Shown in pieces: positions 46,704-56,214 of a DNA stretch of 64,000 nucleotides. The first letter of the stretch is position 1. The number at the start of each line of letters is the position of its first letter. Source of the stretch: Candidatus Falkowbacteria bacterium (GTDB taxonomy: Bacteria > Patescibacteriota > Patescibacteriia > UBA11705); contig DOZJ01000002.1 in assembly GCA_003518055.1 (NCBI GenBank), forward strand, positions 299,785 to 363,784, written 5' to 3'. The notes below the pieces were generated by a model that worked only from the letters and a program-made list of their open reading frames with translations, had not been told where the DNA came from and ran no database searches. Position numbers and translations under genes: made by a program.

Positions 46704-46802
46704 TAGTAAGTGGTTTTTTTACTCTTATTTATAACAAAAAAGCCACCTGCTTTGATGCGAGGTTGGCTTGGTCACTAGCGATGTAGTGTTGAGTACCTAT
46801 GT

Positions 46803-47240
46803 TCAGTTCGCGTAGTCGTCGTACTTCGTCAGCCGATCCCACCGACTATAGACAGGGGAGATCAGGTCGCTCGAGAGTGACAGGTTGTGCTCCCGCTCGG
46901 CTCGGTCGAACAGCTGGTGCAGTCGGACTGACACCAGCTGCAGCTCGCCGCTCTGGCGATATTCCGAGCTGTACTTGGGGTTCGGGGAGAGCACATCGTC
47001 GTAGGCGATTCGGAGATCTCGCCACTCCTGCCAGTCTCGGACTTCCGTGTGGATGTCCTCGGTCTCGACCTGACGAATCAGGTCGTTAAGGTTGGTGACG
47101 CAGTCGTCGTAGGCCAGCAGGTACTGCTGAGCCTTGGTCAGACTCCCGCAGCCCGACCCGCCGGTGATGGCGGCCAAGAGCAGGAGCGCGAAGGCGATGA
47201 TGATGGCGATGGATCCGAGCGATGACTTGGGCTTGTTCAC
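46803..47240 (-). CDS. GC-rich putative lipoprotein
   Basis: AAGGAG SD with GTG start; signal-like N-terminus ending GSGC. Confidence 0.7.
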   Translation of the reverse strand: MNKPKSSLGSIAIIIAFALLLLAAITGGSGCGSLTKAQQYLLAYDDCVTNLNDLIRQVETEDIHTEVRDWQEWRDLRIAYDDVLSPNPKYSSEYRQSGELQLVSVRLHQLFDRAEREHNLSLSSDLISPVYSRWDRLTKYDDYAN

Positions 47241-47252
47241 GCGTTGTCTCCT

Positions 47253-47948
47253 TCAGGCCGCAGCCGTCTTGACCGGGCGCTTGATGAACCAGCATACGAC
47301 GCGCTTGGTGTAGATGATCAGAAGCGACGCAGCCGAGCTGGCCGCGAAGCACACAACCACCGTGGCTGCGCCCCAGGCCAGGAAATTCCAGGCCGCGTTC
47401 GGGCCGGAGATCAGGAAGGCCGCGAAAGCGCCGAGCGCCACGTAGCCGGTGATCAGACTGGCCATGAAGCCGAGCGTCTGCCGCCAGCTGGCGCGAAGCG
47501 TCTTGAAGTGATTGGCGTAGTACACTGCGCCAAACATGAGTGTGTGGAGAGCGGTGAAGAAGATGAAGAGGCTCGTCACCGGCGTCATCGCACTCACAAC
47601 GCAGCAGCCGACCGCAGTGGCAAAGCCGAACACCCCGAGAATCAACGAAAGCCACCACACGCTGTTTTCCCGGTTTTCCCGGACGTCGCGCAGGTGCTGG
47701 ATGCTCATGATGATGAAGGCCGCGACCGAGAGCCAGAGCACGCCTTGGAGCAGGTGGGCTCCGCCGAGGTCGGTCACCATGACCGACATCTGTCCCGACT
47801 GCACCGTCCACCAGTTCTCGATGGTGGGATAGATGTGCTCGGTCGCCGGGTGGTTCACGAAGTACACCGGCAGCTCCAGCCACCCTGATATGATGGCGCC
47901 GAAACCGAAGATGACGTAGAGCAGGATCACGGAGTCGGGTTTCTTCAT
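47253..47948 (-). CDS. GC-rich multi-TM hypothetical protein
   Basis: GGGAG SD; about six hydrophobic helices. Confidence 0.75.
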   Translation of the reverse strand: MKKPDSVILLYVIFGFGAIISGWLELPVYFVNHPATEHIYPTIENWWTVQSGQMSVMVTDLGGAHLLQGVLWLSVAAFIIMSIQHLRDVRENRENSVWWLSLILGVFGFATAVGCCVVSAMTPVTSLFIFFTALHTLMFGAVYYANHFKTLRASWRQTLGFMASLITGYVALGAFAAFLISGPNAAWNFLAWGAATVVVCFAASSAASLLIIYTKRVVCWFIKRPVKTAAA

Positions 47949-48003
47949 TGACTTTCTCCCATGCGCTATTCTCGCGTCATGTTGCTATGTTTCCGTGGTG
48001 AAC

Positions 48004-48055
48004 GTTGTTAAAGATCTTAATCGACAATTATATCATATTTTAATAAAAAAGTCAA
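48004..48055 (-). promoter_or_regulatory. Sigma70 promoter plus boxA-like element (copy B)
   Basis: TTGACT-17-TATAAT followed by GATCTTTAACAAC; near-duplicate of 46652-46703. Confidence 0.8.
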
Positions 48056-48136
48056 CAATTGTCTTATTATTTAACTTAAATTAGATTAAAAATCAATGTG
48101 AACAATTGACGGTTCCAGATATTTTTGGCCTAATTC

Positions 48137-48244
48137 TTGACTGAAGCTTCTTGTTAGTCTAAAATCACTTGACATATATCTTGAATAGTATAAAATATTA
48201 TATAAGCTTATCGTCTTGACAAAGTTTTATAAAGATGTTATACT
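48137..48244 (+). promoter_or_regulatory. Three tandem sigma70-like promoters
   Basis: TTGACT-17-TAAAAT (48137), TTGACA-16-TAAAAT (48169), TTGACA-17-TATACT (48216). Confidence 0.65.
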
Positions 48245-48319
48245 TTAATATAATTAAATTTATTTATCTAAGCTGATATATAACTAATATAAGTTTGCTT
48301 GTCGGCTTTTCATGATTTT

Positions 48320-49435
48320 ATGACTCACATGAGCAACAACGTAGATTTTGAAAAGTTCTTCCTCTCATTATTGGAAGAGCTGGCTGCGCGTGAACAAGAA
48401 GTACTCAAAAAACGCTATCAGCTGACAGGTGATGTGGCGCAAAAAAACACCTTGAAGCAGATTGGCGATGAGTATGGAATTACACGCGAACGCGTCCGCC
48501 AAATTGAAAAAGAGGCCATCAATAAATTGGTCAAGTTGGCCAAGGCCGATAATTACCTCACCGAGCTTCAGGCGATCAAAGATTCTTTGGTCCGCTATCT
48601 CGAGCGCCGGGGTGGTTTGGCGCGCGAAGACGAATTGGTGTCAGATCATTTGTATAATGATTACAAATTGACCACTCTGCATCAAAACGCCTATCTGTTT
48701 GTGCTGGAGCATATGATTGATGAAGTGGACCAACACGAAGCCGGTGATGATTATCACTCATTTTGGATTTTGACCGCAGTTGACCGCCAGAGCATTTTTG
48801 CCTTGGTCAATGAAGTGATCAATCACTTGGTCAAAAAAAGCGCGGTTCAGGATGAATCATCTTTGCTTTCAGCCATCAAGAATGAAATTCTCCCCAAAGT
48901 TGAATTGGCTCATTTTGATCCTTTGACCGGCAAACACACTGACGTTACGGTTGAAGATTTTATCCGCACCTATTTGTCCATCACCAAGAAGGTGGAAAAA
49001 AATATTCTCGACAACTGGGGTTTGGCTGAGTGGGCTGATGTGAAACCAAAGAAATTGTCAGACAAAATCCATTTGGTATTCAAAAAACATGAAAAACCTC
49101 TGCACTTCCGTGACGTGGCTGAGTTGATCAACACCGCGAATTTCGACAAAAAGAATATTTGCGCTGCCACGGTTCACAATGAACTCATCGCTAACGAAGG
49201 CTATGTCCTTATCGGCCGCGGCATCTACGCCAAGAAAGATTGGGGATATACTCCGGGCACTGTGACTGATATCATCAGCCAGATTTTGAAAGACAACTCA
49301 CAGCCGATGACCAAAGAAGACATTTACGACGCGGTTTTAAAACAACGTCAAGTCAATCCTTCAACCATTTATCTGTCACTCATCAACAAAAACAAGTTCA
49401 ATAAATTATCCAACGGTTTGTTTGAACTCAAATAA
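48320..49435 (+). CDS. Sigma70 region-4 HTH protein with C-terminal winged-HTH (HARE-HTH/RNAP delta-like) domains
   Basis: TLKQIGDEYGITRERVRQIE (sigma 4.2); KPLHFRDVAELI...ATVHNELI...GRGIY. No sigma region 2 seen. Confidence 0.85.
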   Translation: MTHMSNNVDFEKFFLSLLEELAAREQEVLKKRYQLTGDVAQKNTLKQIGDEYGITRERVRQIEKEAINKLVKLAKADNYLTELQAIKDSLVRYLERRGGLAREDELVSDHLYNDYKLTTLHQNAYLFVLEHMIDEVDQHEAGDDYHSFWILTAVDRQSIFALVNEVINHLVKKSAVQDESSLLSAIKNEILPKVELAHFDPLTGKHTDVTVEDFIRTYLSITKKVEKNILDNWGLAEWADVKPKKLSDKIHLVFKKHEKPLHFRDVAELINTANFDKKNICAATVHNELIANEGYVLIGRGIYAKKDWGYTPGTVTDIISQILKDNSQPMTKEDIYDAVLKQRQVNPSTIYLSLINKNKFNKLSNGLFELK

Positions 49436-49565
49436 ACAATCCGTATATCATATTAACAAAGACCGAGGCTCAACCTCGGTTTTTGTTTTCTCCTTAGTTT
49501 GAGCGGCTGTTATCCCGATTTTCTTGTTGGCGCTGTGAAAACGTGGTATAATTTTATTGAAATTT

Positions 49566-51227
49566 ATGGATATCTCAATCCTCGGTTACCAGCTGACATT
49601 TGATTTTGATTGGATTTACGTGCTGGGAACAAAACCATTTTATGAATTACTTTGGTTCTTCATGGTCAATGGAGGCTGGCTTTTGATTCTGTTGGTGTGT
49701 ATATGGGGTGGATTTGAAATTTTTATTTTCAACAACCAGAATAAATTTGCCGCCAAGCAGAAATATGTTTATCTCGCGCTCGATATCCCGCGCCAGAACC
49801 TGCAGTCGCCTCAAGCGGTGGAAAATGTTTTCTCCACTTTAGCCGGGGCACACATGCCGCTTGAATGGGAGGAAAAAATGTTTGACGGCGCTTTCCAGCT
49901 CGGTTTTAGTTTTGAGATCGTCAGCTTTGACGGTTTTATTCAATACGTGGTCCGGACGCCCGTCCAATGGCGCGATTTGGTGGAATCGGCGGTTTACTCT
50001 CAATATCCGGACGCGGAGATTACACAGATAGAGGATTACACCAAAGAATTAAGTATCACGTTTCCTAGTGACGAGTACGATTTGTGGGGATCGGATTTGG
50101 TTTTGTATAACAAACCGTATTTTCCCATTCGTTCCTACAAAACATTTGAAAGTAGTCTTAATCGCGATATCAAGGATCCATTGACCGCCTTGCTCGAGGT
50201 GATGAATAAGCTTGGGCCCGGCGAGCAGTTTTGGTTCCAGATTTTATTGTATCCGACTGACAATAAGTGGACCAAGGACGGTATCAACGCCATCAAGAAA
50301 ATGGTCGGCCAAAAAGTTGAAGAGAAAAAAAATTGGATGGATGTGGTTATGGATGAACCGCTTAAATGGTTTAATGAGCTTGGCACTCAAGCGCTTGGAG
50401 CGATGGGCTTTGGTGACGACGCCGCAGAAAAAAAACAGGAAGACAGAATGATTTTCTTGCCGCCGATCGAGAAAATTCAAGCCGAGGGGATAGCCGAAAA
50501 GGTGTCTAAAATCGGTTTTGAGTGCAAATTACGAATTGTTTACGTTGCGCGACATGAAGTTTTCAACAAAGGCAAAGGCGTCTCCGGTACTTTTGGCGCC
50601 ATCAAACAATTTTCTGATCTGCACTTGAATGGCTTTAAGCCGGACAAGAATAAAACTCATGCGCGCTGGCCGTGGTTCAAGGAATACCGCAAACAGGAGA
50701 AACAAAACAAAGTTTTTCGAGCGTATAAAAAACGCGATTCCCAGACCGCCAGCCCCAAATATATTTTAAACATTGAAGAGTTGGCCACGCTTTGGCATTT
50801 CCCGTATTTTGAAATCAAAGGCCCGATCGTCAAGCGGATCGAGAGCAAACGCGTTATGTCTCCGGTTGGTCTGCCGATTGAACCCGGACTGCCGATCAAG
50901 GGTGGCGAGAAAAAAACATCAAGCGCGAGGAGCGCGGCTCAATCCAAAGAGCCAGTGGTGGATTATGACGACAATTATTTCGAGAATCGTTTTGCCGTTG
51001 ATAAAACCGGCGAGGCTGATCGTCAACGCAAACAAGAACTGTTGACCAAAGCAACATCCAATAAAGCTAATCAACCGGCCACCCAGAGTAAAGACGTCGA
51101 AGATTCTTCTTTCTTCTTTGACGGCCACGAGACTTCAGTCTCAGCATCCGATGATGAAGATGATGATAATGAACAGCAGCCGCCGCGAACTGGCGGAGGC
51201 AATGTGCCGACAAATTTACCAGTTTAG
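49566..51227 (+). CDS. Membrane-anchored protein upstream of the VirD4-like ATPase
   Basis: N-terminal TM; FSFEIVS, YSQYPDAEI, FPIRSY, DPL, ILNIEELATLWHFP motifs; acidic disordered tail. Confidence 0.8.
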   Translation: MDISILGYQLTFDFDWIYVLGTKPFYELLWFFMVNGGWLLILLVCIWGGFEIFIFNNQNKFAAKQKYVYLALDIPRQNLQSPQAVENVFSTLAGAHMPLEWEEKMFDGAFQLGFSFEIVSFDGFIQYVVRTPVQWRDLVESAVYSQYPDAEITQIEDYTKELSITFPSDEYDLWGSDLVLYNKPYFPIRSYKTFESSLNRDIKDPLTALLEVMNKLGPGEQFWFQILLYPTDNKWTKDGINAIKKMVGQKVEEKKNWMDVVMDEPLKWFNELGTQALGAMGFGDDAAEKKQEDRMIFLPPIEKIQAEGIAEKVSKIGFECKLRIVYVARHEVFNKGKGVSGTFGAIKQFSDLHLNGFKPDKNKTHARWPWFKEYRKQEKQNKVFRAYKKRDSQTASPKYILNIEELATLWHFPYFEIKGPIVKRIESKRVMSPVGLPIEPGLPIKGGEKKTSSARSAAQSKEPVVDYDDNYFENRFAVDKTGEADRQRKQELLTKATSNKANQPATQSKDVEDSSFFFDGHETSVSASDDEDDDNEQQPPRTGGGNVPTNLPV

Positions 51228-51355
51228 TTCTTTTGACCTGAATCAAGCCGTCTGTTTTGTCTTGACCCGGCTATATTAGTTTCACCAAGTGGTCACGTCC
51301 TCCAATAATTACATTTATTTGCTATTCAAACGTTACTTTACCTTCTTAATTTGCT

Positions 51356-53581
51356 ATGCCTACCAACAATCCTAACGATGACATCACTTACTTTGCCAAG
51401 ACCGATTTTCGCGGTCAAGGCGTTAAGTTTGGGATTCGGCGCGATGACCGCCGCCGCCACATGTACATCATCGGTAAAACCGGTATGGGCAAGTCGGTTT
51501 TGATTGAAAATTTGGTTTATAGCGACATTATTAACGGCAATGGCGTGGCTCTGATCGATCCCCACGGCGATTCAGTTGAACAAATTATCAAATCCATACC
51601 GGCCGAACGTATCAATGATGTGGTTTATATCAATCCGGCTGATCTTGATTTCCCGGTCGCTTTTAATGTTTTGGAAAAGGTTGAAGCCAAATATCGCCAC
51701 CTCATCGCCTCGGGCATTGTCGGGGTGTTCAAAAAACTCTGGGCTGACAGCTGGGGCCCACGTTTGGAGTATTTACTGCGCAACGCGATTTTGGCCCTGC
51801 TTGATTATCCCGACAGCACGCTGCTCGGTGTTAACCGGCTTTTTATTGACAAAGATTACCGCAAAAAGGTGGTAGCAAAAGTCAAAGATCCGGTCGTCAA
51901 AGCTTTCTGGGAGGATGAATTTTCCAAATACAATCAGTCGTTTATGGTTGAGGCGATCGCGCCTATTCAAAACAAGGTCGGACAGTTTTTGTCGACATCG
52001 TTGGTCCGCAATCTGGTCGGTCAGGTGAAATCAACCATTGATATGCGCAAGATTATGGATGATGGCAAGATTCTACTGGTTAATTTGTCCAAAGGTAGAA
52101 TCGGTGAAGACTCTTCCGCCATGATCGGCAATATGATCGTTACCAAACTGCAGCTGGCCGCTATGAGCCGAGTGGATATGCCGGAAAGTGAGCGCCGCGA
52201 TTTTTATTTATATGTTGATGAGTTCCAAAACTTCGCTACCGAATCATTCGCCAACATTTTATCCGAAGCTCGAAAATACAAATTAAATTTGATTGTCGGT
52301 CATCAATACATCGAACAGCTTGACGAGACGGTTTCCGCCGCGATTTTTGGTAACGTCGGCACATTCGTCGTTTTCAGAGTCGGCGCCGCCGATGCCGAGG
52401 TGCTGGTCAAGGAGTTTGAACCGTTTTTCCTCGAAGAAGACCTGGTCAACTTACCCAAATATCATGTTTATTTGAAATTAATGATCAATGGTGTAGCCTC
52501 TGATCCGTTTAGCGCCGCCACCTTGCCGCCGCATTCGGTTGAAACCGGCACAGAGGAAACCGTGATTGCCGTTTCTCGTGAACGCTATGGCCGCCCGCGC
52601 GAGATGGTTGAAGACAAGATTGCCCGCTGGAGCGGGATTGAAACCGAAGAAATGCTGGAAAAACTGGAAAGAGATCAATTAGATAAAAAAATAAAAAAAG
52701 TTCAAGCCAAAGGCATTGATTTTCTAGCCAGTCTGGATGGTTATTTGCATCAAGAAGACGAGGTTGAAACCAATGATGACGGGACTCCGAGCGTCGAAGA
52801 GGAATACGTGGTGAATTGTAATTCTTGCGGCGAAAAAACCAAAATTACTTTCAAGCCGGATGGTGTTAGACCTGTATATTGTAAAGATTGTTTGAGCGAA
52901 TATCGGCGCCAGCAATCAACGGCGGAAAATCTCAGCCAAGGCATTAGCCCGGTGGCAAAAGAACGTGATGATGAAGATGACCGGCCTTCGAAGTGGCCTA
53001 AAAAGAAAAAATTTATTGATTATGATCGCGCGCGCAAGGTTCAAGATTCGTTAAAACGGCCGGTTACGCCGCCTCCAACTCCGGCGCCGAGACCAAGTTT
53101 TCAAACCGCACCAAAACCAACCGTTAGTAGCACTACAACGGTCAATTCAAAACCAACAACAACAATAACCACAACAACAACGACAACAACACAGCGTCCA
53201 TCAAGCAGTGCAGTTCAGCCGTCCTCTCAATCTCGACCGGCCCAGCCATCAAAACCGGCAGCGGTTGTTAATCAAGCTGCAGGCACTCCACGCCCCGCGA
53301 AGCCGCCAACATCCCCGGCCGCTATGACCAAACCAATCACACCGCCACGGCCCAAAGTTGAACCCAAACCGCTCAGTCAAGGTGAAATCGTCGCCAAAGA
53401 CACGCCGGAAGAAATTTCCTTAGCCGCGGCCTTATCCCAAGGCGTGCAGACATTCTCCGGTAAAAAACGGAAAGATTTAAAATTGGATGATGATATATTT
53501 GCCAATTATCAAAAAATGATCAGCGGCGGCGAGGCTGACGACGACGAGGCTTCGGCTGAAGGTTTGAAAGTAGCCGAGTAA
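51356..53581 (+). CDS. VirD4/TraG/HerA-like P-loop ATPase with CxxC-x17-CxxC domain and Pro/Thr-rich tail
   Basis: HMYIIGKTGMGKS, IDPHGD, YVDEFQN, EARKY; CNSCG...FKPDGVRPVYCKDC. Confidence 0.9.
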   Translation: MPTNNPNDDITYFAKTDFRGQGVKFGIRRDDRRRHMYIIGKTGMGKSVLIENLVYSDIINGNGVALIDPHGDSVEQIIKSIPAERINDVVYINPADLDFPVAFNVLEKVEAKYRHLIASGIVGVFKKLWADSWGPRLEYLLRNAILALLDYPDSTLLGVNRLFIDKDYRKKVVAKVKDPVVKAFWEDEFSKYNQSFMVEAIAPIQNKVGQFLSTSLVRNLVGQVKSTIDMRKIMDDGKILLVNLSKGRIGEDSSAMIGNMIVTKLQLAAMSRVDMPESERRDFYLYVDEFQNFATESFANILSEARKYKLNLIVGHQYIEQLDETVSAAIFGNVGTFVVFRVGAADAEVLVKEFEPFFLEEDLVNLPKYHVYLKLMINGVASDPFSAATLPPHSVETGTEETVIAVSRERYGRPREMVEDKIARWSGIETEEMLEKLERDQLDKKIKKVQAKGIDFLASLDGYLHQEDEVETNDDGTPSVEEEYVVNCNSCGEKTKITFKPDGVRPVYCKDCLSEYRRQQSTAENLSQGISPVAKERDDEDDRPSKWPKKKKFIDYDRARKVQDSLKRPVTPPPTPAPRPSFQTAPKPTVSSTTTVNSKPTTTITTTTTTTTQRPSSSAVQPSSQSRPAQPSKPAAVVNQAAGTPRPAKPPTSPAAMTKPITPPRPKVEPKPLSQGEIVAKDTPEEISLAAALSQGVQTFSGKKRKDLKLDDDIFANYQKMISGGEADDDEASAEGLKVAE

Positions 53582-53590
53582 TTCAATGAT

Positions 53591-54277
53591 ATGACCGAAT
53601 GGAGACTCAACAAATATTTGGCCGAGTCCGGAGTGGCGTCTCGGCGGGCAGCCGAGCGCTTTATTTTGGCCGGACAGGTCAAAGTTAATGCCAAGGTTGT
53701 CACCGAATTGGCGACCAAAATCAAACCATCTGACCGAGTTGAGGTGAACAATAAATTAGTTCAACCCGTAGAGACCAAAGTCTGCTTCATGTTGAACAAA
53801 CCGGTTGGCTACGTTTCCACCGCCAAAGTGAGCCGAGAAACCGGCGAATCGGTTTTGAGCTTGATCGATTATTCCGGTCGCCTGTACCCGGTCGGCCGAC
53901 TGGATCGTGACTCCAGCGGTTTGCTGCTTATCACCAATGACGGTGACTTGGCTTTGCGCTTGACGCATCCGCGTTATGAAAAAGACAAGGAATATGAAGT
54001 TACGGTGGATAAAAAAATCACTCCCGACTTGATTGCCGGCTTCAACCGCGGTGTGCGGTTAGCCGATGGCCAAACTCTGCCGGCCAAATTTATCGCCGCC
54101 GGTCCCAAACGGTTTACCGTCATTTTAAAAGAAGGCAAGAACCGCCAGATTCGGCGAGTGTGCCAGAGGTTCAATTTTGCAGTCGTGAAACTGCATCGTA
54201 CGCGCATCGGAAAATTAAAACTTGGTAACCTGAAGATTGGCAGATATAACCGAATTAACGTGGAGGACATAAAATAA
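53591..54277 (+). CDS. rRNA pseudouridine synthase (RsuA/RluB family)
   Basis: S4 domain RLNKYLA..GVASRR, NKPVG, VGRLD, EGKNRQIRR. Confidence 0.95.
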   Translation: MTEWRLNKYLAESGVASRRAAERFILAGQVKVNAKVVTELATKIKPSDRVEVNNKLVQPVETKVCFMLNKPVGYVSTAKVSRETGESVLSLIDYSGRLYPVGRLDRDSSGLLLITNDGDLALRLTHPRYEKDKEYEVTVDKKITPDLIAGFNRGVRLADGQTLPAKFIAAGPKRFTVILKEGKNRQIRRVCQRFNFAVVKLHRTRIGKLKLGNLKIGRYNRINVEDIK

Positions 54278-54320
54278 TTTAAAAGAAAAAAACTGCAGTT
54301 ATTTTTGCAGTTCGAATCAA

Positions 54321-54599
54321 TTACTTTTTTTCCTCATCGGCACTCGTTTTGTGCGGCTTGAGCTTGACAATCAGATAGTACTCATACTCGTGGGGGCACT
54401 GACCGCAGCTGCATGATCTGGTGTCTTCGACCAGAAACGAAATGTTCAGGTTGTTGATGGTGAGGCTTTCGTCCTTCCAGTGTTCTCTGGCACGATCCAC
54501 GATCATGTCGAAATCGATAGGAGTCTTGCTATACTCGAAAATTTCGATCGCGAAGTGTTCATCGTTGTTGGTCAACTCGGGGCTGGGCTTGTACCGCAT
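54321..54599 (-). CDS. Small hypothetical protein with CxCxxCxH motif (paralog of 54781..55131)
   Basis: AAGGAG SD at revised start 54599; TTGACT-17-TAAAAT promoter (54692-54720). Confidence 0.7.
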   Translation of the reverse strand: MRYKPSPELTNNDEHFAIEIFEYSKTPIDFDMIVDRAREHWKDESLTINNLNISFLVEDTRSCSCGQCPHEYEYYLIVKLKPHKTSADEEKK

Positions 54600-54780
54600 C
54601 TCTACGCTCCTTTTATTCGAGTGGTCTGCGTCGTGTGTGCTATCTTGCTTTCGCTTGTTATTCCTCCACGATTGTTCAGATTTTACTTTATATTTTAGCA
54701 TAAAAATAATAAATAGTCAATAGAGCCCATTTTTTTAGCTAAAATGAGTATAAAAAAACTGCAGTTTTGTGCAGTTAATA

Positions 54781-55131
54781 TCAATTTTGCCTTTGCTCCC
54801 GGCGTTTAACAATAATATAGTAATCACAATCAGGTTCGTCAGGACTTAATGAACTTCCCTTCATCATATCGGGATAGAGATCAATATCAAGATTGTCGAA
54901 AGTGATTGTTGGGTCATCCCAACGTTCTTTGGCTTGTTCGACTAGCTGGAAAAAGATCCGCTCTTGCTGTTCACGAGTGATAGACTGGCTGCGAGCTTTT
55001 CTGCCACACTCGCGTCGTAACGAAACCGGTAGGCTGTGATTAGTGTAAAAGGCCAGCCTTGAGAGCTGCTCCCAACAAACCACAAATTGATTTTCGTTAT
55101 CTTGGAGTTCGGGGGTGGCTTCTGGAGGCAT
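54781..55131 (-). CDS. Small hypothetical protein (paralog of 54321..54599)
   Basis: GAGGAG SD; TTGACA-17-TAAACT promoter (55179-55207); shared A(K/R)E(R/H)WxD...NLxI...YYxIVK. Confidence 0.7.
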   Translation of the reverse strand: MPPEATPELQDNENQFVVCWEQLSRLAFYTNHSLPVSLRRECGRKARSQSITREQQERIFFQLVEQAKERWDDPTITFDNLDIDLYPDMMKGSSLSPDEPDCDYYIIVKRREQRQN

Positions 55132-55206
55132 TCATTAGCTCCTCGACCTTGGGTTGATAAAAGATGCGATTGGTTGATAGTTTAGCATCAAACATAAAAA
55201 ATGTCA

Positions 55207-56214
55207 ATGAAACGGTATAAATCCATCAATCATGATGCGGTAAGTGAGATTGAGATAAAAAAACTTTGGTCTGATTTTGATTTACCTGAAATTGTCTCGA
55301 TCGAATCGCAAGCAGAATATTCATCCACCGGTTTTATTATAATAACAACCAAGAACAAATATTATCTCTGCCTTCACCCGGCCAAGCCATCGATTTTTTC
55401 CCGCAGTCAGAATGATCTTCTCGGAGAAATAGATATTTTACAGCGATTACGGGAGAAGCGGTTACCTGTCGCGCGGCCGATTGCGACCAAAGATGACAAA
55501 CTTATCATTTCGGTTAAAGGCCGCAAGGGCTTTCTTCGGGGATATCTTGAATGTGAAGCCCTCAAAAAACCATCGACGGTTAATTTAACCCAAGCCGGGG
55601 TGCTTTTGGCCAAGATTCATCTGTCTTTACGCCGCTGGACGCCGCCGCATCGCCGGACGCAATTCTGGGGGCCGGAAAAAATACGCCGGTATTGGACCAA
55701 AAATAAAAAAATAATTTTAGCCAGTAAATTACCGGATAAAAAAGCCCTAGTTGATCGGTTGGAGCAAAAACAGCACGAGTTCAAGTTTTCCAAAACGCTG
55801 CCAACGGGTATTTTGCATGAAGATTTTGGCCAAAGGCATGTATTGTGGCACAAAAATAAAATTACCGGTGTGATTGATTTTGACCGATCATACCGCGGAC
55901 TGTTAATCCTAGATGTTGGTCAAGCGATTCGTGGCTGGTGTTTTGATCCGGCATGGAAGAAGCTTAATCTCGAGAAATTAAATTATTTTTTGTCAGGTTA
56001 CCAAAGCCAAAGACAGTTATCTGTGGCTGAAAAAAAACATTTGGTTCAAGCGATAAAATTTGGCTTAGTTGAACGCGGTTTGTCGTTTTTATTAAGAGGT
56101 TTGAATTATAATAATCGGGAATGGCTGGATTTTGCCCGCCGCAGTTTGTTTAATTTGGTTGATGAGGTTGAAAAAATGGCGCCCGAGATCGAAAAAATAA
56201 AAAACACTAAATAG
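55207..56214 (+). CDS. APH/homoserine-kinase-type-II-like phosphotransferase
   Basis: LAKIH, LPTGILHEDF...HVL, GVIDFD, DVG. Confidence 0.85.
   Translation: MKRYKSINHDAVSEIEIKKLWSDFDLPEIVSIESQAEYSSTGFIIITTKNKYYLCLHPAKPSIFSRSQNDLLGEIDILQRLREKRLPVARPIATKDDKLIISVKGRKGFLRGYLECEALKKPSTVNLTQAGVLLAKIHLSLRRWTPPHRRTQFWGPEKIRRYWTKNKKIILASKLPDKKALVDRLEQKQHEFKFSKTLPTGILHEDFGQRHVLWHKNKITGVIDFDRSYRGLLILDVGQAIRGWCFDPAWKKLNLEKLNYFLSGYQSQRQLSVAEKKHLVQAIKFGLVERGLSFLLRGLNYNNREWLDFARRSLFNLVDEVEKMAPEIEKIKNTK

Noticed and set aside
45717-47888. Alternative-frame long ORFs (226, 265 and 214 aa) in the GC-rich island
   Set aside because: Arg/His/Gly-rich by-products of high third-position GC; the SD-led hydrophobic frames are more plausible.
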